In this document: positions 19,657-29,461 of the stretch, piece by piece
Position numbering within the stretch: position 1 is the stretch's first letter
How the letters are laid out: every line of letters starts with the position of its first letter
DNA from: a virus
Reading direction: 5' to 3' (one strand)
Length of the DNA: 64,000 bases
Virus record (IMG/VR): IMGVR_UViG_3300026382_000009
Coordinates: 32,001 to 96,000 of that record
Notes under the pieces: generated by a model
Database searches by the model: none
What the model saw: only the letters and a program-made list of their open reading frames with translations
Told to the model about the DNA's origin: nothing
Program-made: the position numbers and the translations under genes

Positions 19657-22359
19657 TTAATTCCTATTTGCTAAAAATTCATTTGATTTATCTACAAATC
19701 TAACAGGTTCTGAGTTTTGATTGTAATAATTTTGAACAACGATTGATTGTTGAGATTGAGTATTTTTTTCATTACTTGTATTTTTATTTGTATCAATATT
19801 TACACTAAATGTTGCTTTTGATTGATTAGATTGTTTTTTAGCTAAATAAGTTTTAACAGTTTTAGCATCTAAATTTGATGCGGCAATTAAATTAGGTAAA
19901 TCTCTTATACCTTGATTATAATAATTATCTAATATAACTTGTGCTTTTGAGTCAATACTTGTTTGACTATTAGATTGTTTTTTAAGTTTTTCTTTATATA
20001 ATTCTTGTAATTTTTCTAATGTATCTTTATCCCAATCATTAAAATCTATAAGTTGTTTAATTTGTTTTGGAGATAATTGATCAATTTTTTTCCAATCTAC
20101 AATTTCAGAATCACCAAAAACATTATGAACTAATACACTTTCATCTTCAAGTTTTTGAATTAATTTATATTTATCGTCTCCAAACAAATATTGAAATGAT
20201 TTTGTTGTATTAGCAATAGGACTTAAATTAGCCATTTGTTTTATTGCTAATTTATAAACATCTTTTACAGATTTTGGTTTTTTCTTTTTATTCCATTTTT
20301 CTAATTTTTTGTCTTCTACAATTAAATTATTTACTTTGTTATTATTTTCTTTAAATGCTTGTTTTTCTAACAAATTTTTGGATTTATCATCTAAAATACT
20401 AATTATTAATTTAAAATCTTGTTCAGAAATTGAATCTGATTGACTCAATAACAATTTAATACCTTCTTTGGTTAAATACAATTTTCCATTTTTTATTTCG
20501 CCTTCACCTCTATGTAAAATATTTGCTATTATATATCTAGTATCTTCTGAAACTTTAGCAAATGTTTTTATTAAATTTTCATCTTCTTTTGACCAATCAT
20601 CAAAATGTATTAACGTCTTAAATTGACTATCTTTTAACATAAGAAGTCTAGACCAGTCTTTAATTTCAGTATCACCAATATAATGATGTTCAAGAACTCC
20701 TTGTTCTTCTAATGCGTCAATAAGTTCTCTATCTTTTCCGTATTTCCATTTATAAACACCATAACCAATAGCACCTACTGCGCCAATAGCCAAAATTCCC
20801 CATCCAACTGGATTTGTAAGCAAAAAACTACCGGCAGATGATAAAACAGTTCCAGTTGCTGATAAAGCTCCAGTTGTGGCACTTGCTATTGATGGCATCA
20901 AAGCACCTGCACCTCTTGCAAGTAATCCAGTTCCACCTCTCATCATACCCATTAATGGTCTAGAAACAATATTTAAAAGTTTAGAAAAAAATCCTTTTCC
21001 ACCTTTTAAAAGAATTCCACCTAATTTATCAATTTTAAGTTTTTTAATTATTTTTTCTATAATTTTTTCAGCTAATGTTCCTTCACCAAATACAGAATCT
21101 AATAATTTAGAAGTAACGTTAAAAGAAGCTTCTTCTATTGAGCTTGCTTCTGTTACACTTTTTAAAATGCTTGGATTATCTTTTACTTGTAAAGCATTAG
21201 TTAATTCTGCTATTTGTTTAGTGCTATCTTCTAATAATTCAAAACGTCTTTCTTCTAATATTTTTTGTTTGTTTGTTAATTTACCATTTTCTATTAATTC
21301 TTCTGTTTTAATAAGTTGTTCTTTTAATAATACTTCGATTTCTGGATTTTTTGTTAACAAACTAATTTTTTTATAAAATGTTTCTTTATCAATAGATTTA
21401 TTTTCATATTGATTTAATAATTGTTGTATATATTCTATTTCAGTTTTTGATAATTCATGATCTTTATTCAAAGTTTCTGTAATAGTATCAAATAATAATG
21501 TTTGTTTCTCAAATTTTTTGTTGATTTCTTGATCTAAATTTCTAATTTCTTCTTGTATTTTTTTATTATTTTTAAATTCTTCATATATTTTTCCTAAATA
21601 ATCTTCTATTGTCAAAGTTCCATCTAAAAGTTGTTTATATTCTTTTGTATTTTCTAATTTGTTTTCACGAGTAAAATTTTCTATTAATTCTAATATTCTA
21701 TCGTATTGTCTAGATAACACAGAATTTTCAAGTTGTTTATCTAATAGTGTTGTTATTTTATCATTATCTTCTATTTCAAATATATTTTCACCTTTTTCAG
21801 TTTTAGCTGATTCTAGGATTTTTTTGAGTTGTTTTATTTCTGAAATAATTTCTGGTGTTAAAACTCCTTGTTCTTTGAAATCAGAAATAATTTGTTTGAG
21901 TTTTGTATTGTATTTTTCTTTTTCAAACAAAGATATTTTAGTCGTGCTATCAATACTATTTTTCAAAGATGATAATACTTTTACAATAGCTTTTGTATCT
22001 TCTTTATAAGTGTTTAATAAAGGTTTGAGAATTTCAAAGTCTTTAACATTTGAAATATTTTTAACTATGTTATTAAAAAGTTTTTTGTAATCAGAAGGTA
22101 AATATTTTTCTTCTTTTATTTGTTTAGAAATTTCTTTTAATTCTTTTTGAACAGTTTCTATTTTTAGTATTTCTTTTTCTATGTTTTTAGAACTTATTTT
22201 TCCTTCTTTATAAAGAGCTTCTATAGCATTTTTATCATTTTGTATTTTTAACAAATAATTTTTAAATTGATTGATATTAGAAAAAGAATCATTTTTGACT
22301 ATACTCAGTAAATCTTCTACTTTTAAAGGTGTTTTTTCTAGAAATTCTATTGTATTCAC
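19657..22359 (-). CDS. Tape measure protein
   Basis: 900-aa coiled-coil with G/A-rich hydrophobic segment (FLLTNPVGWGILAIGAVGAIGYG); follows the tail chaperone; GTG start. Confidence 0.75.
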   Translation of the reverse strand: MNTIEFLEKTPLKVEDLLSIVKNDSFSNINQFKNYLLKIQNDKNAIEALYKEGKISSKNIEKEILKIETVQKELKEISKQIKEEKYLPSDYKKLFNNIVKNISNVKDFEILKPLLNTYKEDTKAIVKVLSSLKNSIDSTTKISLFEKEKYNTKLKQIISDFKEQGVLTPEIISEIKQLKKILESAKTEKGENIFEIEDNDKITTLLDKQLENSVLSRQYDRILELIENFTRENKLENTKEYKQLLDGTLTIEDYLGKIYEEFKNNKKIQEEIRNLDQEINKKFEKQTLLFDTITETLNKDHELSKTEIEYIQQLLNQYENKSIDKETFYKKISLLTKNPEIEVLLKEQLIKTEELIENGKLTNKQKILEERRFELLEDSTKQIAELTNALQVKDNPSILKSVTEASSIEEASFNVTSKLLDSVFGEGTLAEKIIEKIIKKLKIDKLGGILLKGGKGFFSKLLNIVSRPLMGMMRGGTGLLARGAGALMPSIASATTGALSATGTVLSSAGSFLLTNPVGWGILAIGAVGAIGYGVYKWKYGKDRELIDALEEQGVLEHHYIGDTEIKDWSRLLMLKDSQFKTLIHFDDWSKEDENLIKTFAKVSEDTRYIIANILHRGEGEIKNGKLYLTKEGIKLLLSQSDSISEQDFKLIISILDDKSKNLLEKQAFKENNNKVNNLIVEDKKLEKWNKKKKPKSVKDVYKLAIKQMANLSPIANTTKSFQYLFGDDKYKLIQKLEDESVLVHNVFGDSEIVDWKKIDQLSPKQIKQLIDFNDWDKDTLEKLQELYKEKLKKQSNSQTSIDSKAQVILDNYYNQGIRDLPNLIAASNLDAKTVKTYLAKKQSNQSKATFSVNIDTNKNTSNEKNTQSQQSIVVQNYYNQNSEPVRFVDKSNEFLANRN

Positions 22360-22490
22360 GAATTAACCTTTTTAAGATGTAACTTTAATAAATCATAAAA
22401 CTCTTTGTATTGTAAATTTTTATCTGGATAACAATGAAATTCTTTTAACCACATATATTTCATTTCTAAAAATTCTTTATAAACAAATTT
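22356..22490 (-). CDS. +1-frame C-terminal extension (44 aa) of the tail assembly chaperone
   Basis: Open +1 frame after CCC-TAA: KFVYKEFLEMKYMWLKEFHCYPDKNLQYKEFYDLLKLHLKKVNS*, whose TGA overlaps the tape measure GTG (GTGA). Confidence 0.7.
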   Translation of the reverse strand, partial: KFVYKEFLEMKYMWLKEFHCYPDKNLQYKEFYDLLKLHLKKVNS

Positions 22491-23397
22491 AGGGATAAAC
22501 CTTAATATCCAATAAACCTACATAAACTTTATTTTGATGACTACATTTTGGACAAATTTTAATAATAGGCTTATTATCTATTACAAGTTTTTCTTCCCAT
22601 TCTACTAGTTTTTTGGAAAGACTTAATGGTGAATATAAAACAAAATTCATTTTTTCTTCTAAAGATTTATCCAAATTTTTAATTAATGCTGATAAATACA
22701 AAGCTCTTATTTGAGGATCTGATAAATTTTTTGATTCTTTAAATTTTTCAATTTCTATAATATCTTTTACTGTTAAAGGTCCTAGTTTTAATTTTTGTCC
22801 TTTAAATTCTATTTCTTCAAAATCTTTAACAATTGGTTCAGTAAATTCAAAATCAAATAAAGTTATAGGTGATTGTATTTTTGTTCCGCATTTAACATAT
22901 GGTTCTTCATTTTTATATTGTTTTTCAAGTTCAGCTATTTCTTCTGCTAATTTATCTAACTCTTCTTTATTTTTTATATCTTTTAATTGTTTTTTCTTTT
23001 CTTCAATTTTAAATAAAATTTCTTCTCTTTTTATATTAGGAACAATATTTTGACATTCAATATTAGTATATCCACCTGCAAAATCATTTATTGTTAAAGT
23101 TGATGAAAACATACATAAAGTTAAAAAATCTATTATTTCTAAATCTTCTATACTTCCATTTTCTATCAATATAACATCTTTGTAAATTCTAACCAATTCT
23201 TCTAAATTTTTATCTATATCTTTTGTTTCATCAATGTATTTAGATAGTGCTTCTGATTCTAATAAATTAAGTCCTCTAACATAAACTTCTTTAAATGGAT
23301 AAAATCTAAAATAAGTTGGTAGTTCAGTAATTTTTGTATATTCCAAAGGAATTCCATTTATTTCTTTTGTAATAGTTTGTAATTCTTTTTTCATCAA
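22489..23397 (-). CDS. Tail assembly chaperone / baseplate hub assembly protein (gp26-like)
   Basis: LPT.FRFY, C...C and CPKC zinc ligands; between tube and tape measure genes; ends CCC-TAA. Confidence 0.7.
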   Translation of the reverse strand: MMKKELQTITKEINGIPLEYTKITELPTYFRFYPFKEVYVRGLNLLESEALSKYIDETKDIDKNLEELVRIYKDVILIENGSIEDLEIIDFLTLCMFSSTLTINDFAGGYTNIECQNIVPNIKREEILFKIEEKKKQLKDIKNKEELDKLAEEIAELEKQYKNEEPYVKCGTKIQSPITLFDFEFTEPIVKDFEEIEFKGQKLKLGPLTVKDIIEIEKFKESKNLSDPQIRALYLSALIKNLDKSLEEKMNFVLYSPLSLSKKLVEWEEKLVIDNKPIIKICPKCSHQNKVYVGLLDIKVYP

Positions 23398-23420
23398 TTT
23401 TCCTTTTTATTTGTTTACAT

Positions 23421-23933
23421 TTATTCTTTTTCTGAATAGCCTAAAACTACAAAATCAATAGGCAAATTATTTAAGCTTGCAGAACTATCACCTCTTTTAG
23501 TTATATTTGAATTTGGCAATATTGTTACATAAATTGTTTTGAAATGTTCACCAAATTTATCAAAATGTTCTATTACTAAATCAAATCCATATTCATTTAA
23601 TTTATTTAAAGGTATAACTCTTTTATTTTTAAAAATTTTTTGCATATATTCTTTAAAAAAATTTAAAAATTCTTCCTGGTGTGTTTCATAAACAGTTAAT
23701 GATAATTTATTTGGCTTTATAAAACTGTAAGGTATTTGTAAGTCTGAGAGAGGTAAACCTAAATTAACTGTAGTAGTTTTAATTTCATAATCAAAACTAT
23801 AATCTTGTATAGGAGCATAATCACCTAATAAATTTAACTTGTTAGCACCATTTTTAGTTCCAAAATACATTACCCACTGACTTGTATGACCTGGTTCAAA
23901 TGTTGATTTTTTGCGTAAATCTAAATATTTCAA
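23421..23933 (-). CDS. Tail tube-like protein (gp54-like)
   Basis: Tube-fold size; LSLTVYET motif; follows the tube gene. Confidence 0.5.
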   Translation of the reverse strand: MKYLDLRKKSTFEPGHTSQWVMYFGTKNGANKLNLLGDYAPIQDYSFDYEIKTTTVNLGLPLSDLQIPYSFIKPNKLSLTVYETHQEEFLNFFKEYMQKIFKNKRVIPLNKLNEYGFDLVIEHFDKFGEHFKTIYVTILPNSNITKRGDSSASLNNLPIDFVVLGYSEKE

Positions 23934-23986
23934 TTTCTTCTCCTGTTAAATTATTTCTTTACAATAATCTAACGGGAGAAGAAAAA

Positions 23987-24532
23987 CTAAAGTTCTTCTC
24001 CTCCTTTTTTCTTCCATGTAAAATTGTCATAACTTAATGTAATTGTTGGTTGAAGAGCAGCACTATCTTGTCCTAAAGAACCGCCAGCACCAATTTGTCC
24101 TGGTAATACACCATACAATGTATATGTTCTTGTTACTTCATTATTAGCATCTAATAAATCCATTTCTACTTTTATTTTACATTTTTCAGTGCCTACTGAA
24201 TTACCTTCTAAAGCACTGAAATATTTTGATTTCCAATAATAAAGTGCTTCTTGATCTTTTGCATCTGCTCCACCAACAATTGTTAATGTAATTTCACCAT
24301 TTCTATTTTCTTTACCAACATAATTTATTGTTTGACCCTGTAATTGAACTTGAATATGTTCAGTGCTTCCTTGAGGTAAATCTAATGACTGACATCTGAT
24401 TTCTACATCTTCATCAAATTTTGCTTTGATATCAGGATCAGTATTTGTATCTTCTAAAAATCTAACAACCCATCTAAAGGTTGTTTGGACTTCTGATAAA
24501 GCTCCTCTAACTTTCTTATAATCGAACTTCAT
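23987..24532 (-). CDS. gp19: Tail tube protein
   Basis: FRWVV, CQSLDLP, YTLYGVLP, ITLSYD; directly after sheath. Confidence 0.8.
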   Translation of the reverse strand: MKFDYKKVRGALSEVQTTFRWVVRFLEDTNTDPDIKAKFDEDVEIRCQSLDLPQGSTEHIQVQLQGQTINYVGKENRNGEITLTIVGGADAKDQEALYYWKSKYFSALEGNSVGTEKCKIKVEMDLLDANNEVTRTYTLYGVLPGQIGAGGSLGQDSAALQPTITLSYDNFTWKKKGGEEL

Positions 24533-24569
24533 TTTTATCCTTTATAGTTTTTTATAATCCCAAAAGGGA

Positions 24570-27143
24570 TCAAAGAGCTACCTGTATTTTTGCACCACTG
24601 TTAAATATAGCAAGTGTTACAGGAATTTCTTTAATACTTCTCGTAGGTTTAATTCCAACAAATACAGGCATTCTATTGTTATCAATATCTTCATCAGTAA
24701 TTACTGAACTTACTGCTACTTGATAATCATACAAGCCATTTTTAGTTTTAATATCTTCAAGGAAATTTGTAATAGCATTTTCAACTTCTTTCCAAGTTCT
24801 TTCTACGTTTAATTCAAATTCTTTGTATTCAAGCATATTTTTAAGTCCATATTTGATAACAATTAGTAACATTGCAACACTTCTATCATTTAATGGACTT
24901 GGTTTACTATAAAGTGTTCTGTTACCCCAAATTGCAAATCCAGAACCTTTAACATATTTAAGAGGATTAATTTTATTATCACATAAGAAATCTCTATCAC
25001 CTTCATTCGGTTTAATTTTAGAATCTATTACAACAATTTTTCCTCTTAACCATCCAGCGGCAGGATACCACATATAGTAATTTCTGTATGTATAAGATTG
25101 ACTTGCTGCTGCAAATGCATCTGGACCAACCCAAACATATTTTTGGTTATATCTATCAAATATTTTTACCCAACCTGCGAAATAGCTTGCTCTATCAGTA
25201 TCAAGATTTAATCTAGCAACATCATTTACTAATGCATTTTTCCAATCAGCTGCATCTTCAGCATTTGGATCACTTGAGATATATACATGTGTCAAATCTG
25301 TGCTTTGTGCTAATTTTACACATTCTTGAACATAAGGTGTATCATAATAACCACCTGTCATTAAAAGTGTTACTGGTGTTTCACTGTAATTCCATAATTT
25401 ATAAAGGGCATTGATCATATCACCTGTTGTGATTGCACTTCCTTGAGAACCACCTTGAAGTAAATTAACACCAGCATCTAGTAATTTTCCAGCTAATCCT
25501 CCAATATAGATTATTTTATTCAAAGGATAATTGTAAAATACTTTATCCAATTCAGTTATAGGATAATATTGTTTTCCTTTGTAAATTCCTTTTGATAAAT
25601 CATTGTATGTTTCATCAAATTTTAATACTTCAGTATTTTGAACATTACCATTTAGATCTGTATATGTTTTATCAATTTCTTCTTCTTCCAGAGGTCTATC
25701 AATAATAATGTAATTTTCAGAAGAATTAATTGATTGAACTTTGTATTCTTTTGAAATAACATCAGATCCATCAAGATTTACATCATATTTGAATTTAATT
25801 CTATCTCCCATTGATAATGAAGATACATCACTTAGGTAAACTTGCGTATGTCCTTTTAAAATATTTTCGTTTAAAGTTATTCCTGTTTCTCTAAATATTT
25901 CTTCTGGTAATCTTTGCCAATAACTATGATCAGTATACAAAGGTTTGTCTTTTACATTTTTATTATCTAGAACATTAATATATTTAGATTTTCCATTAAT
26001 GACATCTTCTAAATACAATTGATTACCAAATCCATCAATAAAGTCAGTTTTTGTTACTTCCCAAGTTTCTACTAATACTCCATCATAATAAACAAGTATT
26101 TTAAATGCTTCTTCATAATTTGTTGAAGGTGCAATTCCAATTGATACTTTATTAAATTCTACTGATGGATCTTTTCCATATACTAAAAAGCTATCTCTTT
26201 CTTCATATTCAAAATGTTCAACTTTATATAATTTAGTATCAGACGCATCAATTGTTAATTCATTATCTAAATGAATGAATTTTTGCACATAATCATAATT
26301 TTCTTTACTTTTGAATGTTGTATTAGTTCCATCAATTTGAACTGGATCACCTGATTCCATATAATCTGCATTGTATACAAGAATTTCTTTACTTGATTCA
26401 GCATCAACAGCAACTATTACAGGTTTAGTATAACTTGTGTAATTTCCATCATTATCTTTGTCTTGTAAAATTTCAGTTCCAGCTTTTACTGTAACAGGAT
26501 CTTCTAAAGTTATTTTATTCAATAAAGTATGTCTTACTTCTAAATCAACAACTTTCGCTATTTGTTTTGATTCACCATAATCAGTTTCATCATTTAGTGT
26601 ATCAAGTTTTCCATCTTCATCAGATGTAACATAATCACCTTCTTGCAAATTTCCAAATGAACTTACTTCAATATCTTTTACAGTTTGTCCTTGATATGCA
26701 GAAATATCTATACCAGTATCTACATATTGTCTATTTCCTATATAAGTTGGAAAAATAAAACTATCAACATCTTTTTGTGTTAAACCATCTTTCAATGGTT
26801 GAACAATTCTCATTTCATCTGTAAATGTTGCTAATGGATCATTTGGAACTTTTGCTACTTTACTTCTAACTAATGCAGCTGAATATTTTACATCATCATG
26901 TGCAGCTCTAACAACCCATAATTTATTTGATTCTTGCAAATAAGTTATAGCACTATAAAATTCAGGATATCTTGTATCAGGTTCACCAAAAACCTCAATA
27001 AGCTCATTTTCACTTGTAACCAAATAAGGTTTATTCACAGGTCCTTTTTTGCTTCTAATTACTATTCCACCATAAATTCCTGGTACTGATGGAACAATAG
27101 TGCTTCTATCTTGTTGTTTTATAATTACTTTTGCGCTTCCCAT
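24570..27143 (-). CDS. gp18: Contractile tail sheath protein
   Basis: KGPVNKPYLVTSE..L...FGEP, WYPAAG..RG, INP....G.GFAIWGNRTL, FELN...TW motifs. Confidence 0.92.
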   Translation of the reverse strand: MGSAKVIIKQQDRSTIVPSVPGIYGGIVIRSKKGPVNKPYLVTSENELIEVFGEPDTRYPEFYSAITYLQESNKLWVVRAAHDDVKYSAALVRSKVAKVPNDPLATFTDEMRIVQPLKDGLTQKDVDSFIFPTYIGNRQYVDTGIDISAYQGQTVKDIEVSSFGNLQEGDYVTSDEDGKLDTLNDETDYGESKQIAKVVDLEVRHTLLNKITLEDPVTVKAGTEILQDKDNDGNYTSYTKPVIVAVDAESSKEILVYNADYMESGDPVQIDGTNTTFKSKENYDYVQKFIHLDNELTIDASDTKLYKVEHFEYEERDSFLVYGKDPSVEFNKVSIGIAPSTNYEEAFKILVYYDGVLVETWEVTKTDFIDGFGNQLYLEDVINGKSKYINVLDNKNVKDKPLYTDHSYWQRLPEEIFRETGITLNENILKGHTQVYLSDVSSLSMGDRIKFKYDVNLDGSDVISKEYKVQSINSSENYIIIDRPLEEEEIDKTYTDLNGNVQNTEVLKFDETYNDLSKGIYKGKQYYPITELDKVFYNYPLNKIIYIGGLAGKLLDAGVNLLQGGSQGSAITTGDMINALYKLWNYSETPVTLLMTGGYYDTPYVQECVKLAQSTDLTHVYISSDPNAEDAADWKNALVNDVARLNLDTDRASYFAGWVKIFDRYNQKYVWVGPDAFAAASQSYTYRNYYMWYPAAGWLRGKIVVIDSKIKPNEGDRDFLCDNKINPLKYVKGSGFAIWGNRTLYSKPSPLNDRSVAMLLIVIKYGLKNMLEYKEFELNVERTWKEVENAITNFLEDIKTKNGLYDYQVAVSSVITDEDIDNNRMPVFVGIKPTRSIKEIPVTLAIFNSGAKIQVAL

Positions 27144-27152
27144 AAGTGTCCT

Positions 27153-27338
27153 TTATATTTTTCTTATAATAAGTTTATCTTTGAATTTTTTTACATTTTT
27201 TATAAAAACTTTTTCATTATCGAATTCTAAAATTAATTTTTCTTTTGGAGCAATAGGAACTATATCTTCAGGCAGTCCTACACCTCCAGTGTCAATAAAT
27301 TGTTGAAATTCAGTTTTATTAATTACTGCTACTTTCAT
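27153..27338 (-). CDS. Small hypothetical virion protein
   Basis: 61 aa, RBS AAAGGA, tight packing in operon. Confidence 0.45.
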   Translation of the reverse strand: MKVAVINKTEFQQFIDTGGVGLPEDIVPIAPKEKLILEFDNEKVFIKNVKKFKDKLIIRKI

Positions 27339-27340
27339 TT

Positions 27341-28069
27341 TTATCCTTTAAATTCTAATTTATAATCTATTTCTTTTAATGTTGGATATGTGTTTTCAAA
27401 ATTATTTAATATTGGTCCTGTTAATTCACATGAAAAAGACAATTGTTGTAAATTACCATATTTTTCAAAATCTATATGACCAACTTCAGAAATTTCTTCA
27501 AAATTTACTTGATATTCTAATTCAATAGGTTTTTCATTAATTAAAACAACAATTGTAAAAGTTCTTGGTCTCAAAAATTCTTTACAATACAAAAATTGTA
27601 AATCATTTATTATTTTAGAACTACTTGAAATAATTTGAAATTCATATTCTATTGTTCCCAATATTAAATCACGAACAATATAATTATCTGGATCGGTATT
27701 TATTTCTTCTCGTATATATTTTACAAATTCTAAAACATTTTCATCTTCGATTTTTATTTTTTGAAAATCACTCATATCAGATGTAAATACAGCTTCAAAC
27801 GATATATTGTTTAATCTGTCATCAGTTTTTTTAAGAGGACTGTATCTATATAAGAGTAAATTATAACTTTCTTTTTGTAGTTTTTCTAAATCTTCATCAG
27901 TTAATCCAGGTAATGATAAATCTTTATACATATATCTATAGTTAAGACTACTAATATATTGTTTAATTATTCCTATTTCTGAATTGTATTGTGCTTGAAT
28001 ATTTATACCATATTTTTCAAATGTTTTTACGATAAATTCAGCCATTTTGTTATGGACTATTTCTAACAT
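27341..28069 (-). CDS. Tail terminator/neck protein (gp15-like)
   Basis: Synteny upstream of sheath; size. Confidence 0.45.
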   Translation of the reverse strand: MLEIVHNKMAEFIVKTFEKYGINIQAQYNSEIGIIKQYISSLNYRYMYKDLSLPGLTDEDLEKLQKESYNLLLYRYSPLKKTDDRLNNISFEAVFTSDMSDFQKIKIEDENVLEFVKYIREEINTDPDNYIVRDLILGTIEYEFQIISSSSKIINDLQFLYCKEFLRPRTFTIVVLINEKPIELEYQVNFEEISEVGHIDFEKYGNLQQLSFSCELTGPILNNFENTYPTLKEIDYKLEFKG

Positions 28070-28078
28070 TTTTAAATC

Positions 28079-28648
28079 CTATAATACCTTAATAGGTTTA
28101 TAATTATTATGATTAGGTGTTTCTTCTTCTTTAGTATCTTTAACAATAGAATATTCTTCTTCAAAATTCAAAGAAGAAAATTCTTCACTATCAAATTCTG
28201 ATTTTTTTTCTTCTATTAATTCAAAATCTGTTTCTTTAGTTGTTATAACAGGAACTAAAATATATTTTCTAAAAACTATTGATTCATCATCTTTATATTC
28301 TACTTCATCATTTATTCTGAATTTTAAAACACCTGTTGGAGGGTTAACTACAATCAAAGAATATTTAGGAAATCTTTTAGTATTAGGAAGATAAAGAACA
28401 GGTTCATCCTGAGTTAAATTATCAAAAATACCTGGAAGAGTTGTTTCACCTAAAGAATAAAAAGAAGGGATAAGTAATTTTCCAGAAAAATCTGGAGTGT
28501 CCGAATATTCTATATTATCATCATAAAAGCCATGATGAAGACTTTTATCATTTTTTGGAAAATAAACATCAGCAAATACTCCATATAAGTTTGTTAAAAC
28601 TTTTATGGAAATATTTGCGCCAATTTTTATACCTTTTAATAACTTCAT
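28079..28648 (-). CDS. Head closure/neck protein (gp14-like)
   Basis: LYGVFADVYFP start motif; synteny. Confidence 0.45.
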   Translation of the reverse strand: MKLLKGIKIGANISIKVLTNLYGVFADVYFPKNDKSLHHGFYDDNIEYSDTPDFSGKLLIPSFYSLGETTLPGIFDNLTQDEPVLYLPNTKRFPKYSLIVVNPPTGVLKFRINDEVEYKDDESIVFRKYILVPVITTKETDFELIEEKKSEFDSEEFSSLNFEEEYSIVKDTKEEETPNHNNYKPIKVL

Positions 28649-28651
28649 TTT

Positions 28652-28837
28652 TTACTCTTTAAAAGGATATTTTCTTCCAGTTAATTTTTCAAAAATTTCT
28701 TTTTCATCTTCAATAAAAAAACTACCAATAACTTGATTATTATTTACATTTAAAAATTCAATAAATTTTTCACCATTTCTTTCTTTTATTACCGCTTTTA
28801 ATGGTTTTGTCAAAAATCTAAATAAAACTTTATTCAT
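28652..28837 (-). CDS. Small hypothetical protein
   Basis: 61 aa with RBS AGGA in operon. Confidence 0.45.
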   Translation of the reverse strand: MNKVLFRFLTKPLKAVIKERNGEKFIEFLNVNNNQVIGSFFIEDEKEIFEKLTGRKYPFKE

Positions 28838-28843
28838 TTTTTT

Positions 28844-29434
28844 TTATCCTATTGCTAAATACCAATTACTATCTGTTTCAGACAATTTTTCAATAGCATT
28901 TTCAACAAGTTCTTTTCCTTGTTCATACAGTTCAGAACCATCATTTTCAAATGGAAGTTCTGTTAAATTAAATCCTTTAAATGGTTCAACTGCTGCTTGT
29001 AAATATAAACCAAGACAAATATCAATAAATTCTTTGTCTTGATTGGGATTAATATCTTTTAATATATTAGCTGCTAAAACTTCTATGTAAAAATGTCCAG
29101 AAACCTGTGACATTAATTTTTTAGTTTGTCTATCAAAAGACCAATGAAATGTCACAGGTTTATCATTGAGATAAGGAGGTGTAATAAATATATTTTTCAC
29201 ATTAAAAACATCTCGTTCATTTCCATCTTCATCTATTATTTTTGAAAAATCACTAATTCCAGATGGAATGTATTGTTTTACAATTAAGTCTTTATTTCTG
29301 TATTGATTGTAAATTGACAATGCTCTATTTGCTATAACTTCAATAACATCATCATTGATTTCTAAATTTTCTTCACCTATATAATACAGATTTGATAAAA
29401 TAAGTAATTGGTGTTTTAATTCTTGAATTGTCAT
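28844..29434 (-). CDS. Head-tail adaptor (gp13-like)
   Basis: RALSIYNQY and C-terminal NDGSELYEQGKEL...IEKL motif. Confidence 0.6.
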   Translation of the reverse strand: MTIQELKHQLLILSNLYYIGEENLEINDDVIEVIANRALSIYNQYRNKDLIVKQYIPSGISDFSKIIDEDGNERDVFNVKNIFITPPYLNDKPVTFHWSFDRQTKKLMSQVSGHFYIEVLAANILKDINPNQDKEFIDICLGLYLQAAVEPFKGFNLTELPFENDGSELYEQGKELVENAIEKLSETDSNWYLAIG

Positions 29435-29461
29435 ATTAAATTCTTTGATTTATATTTTAAT

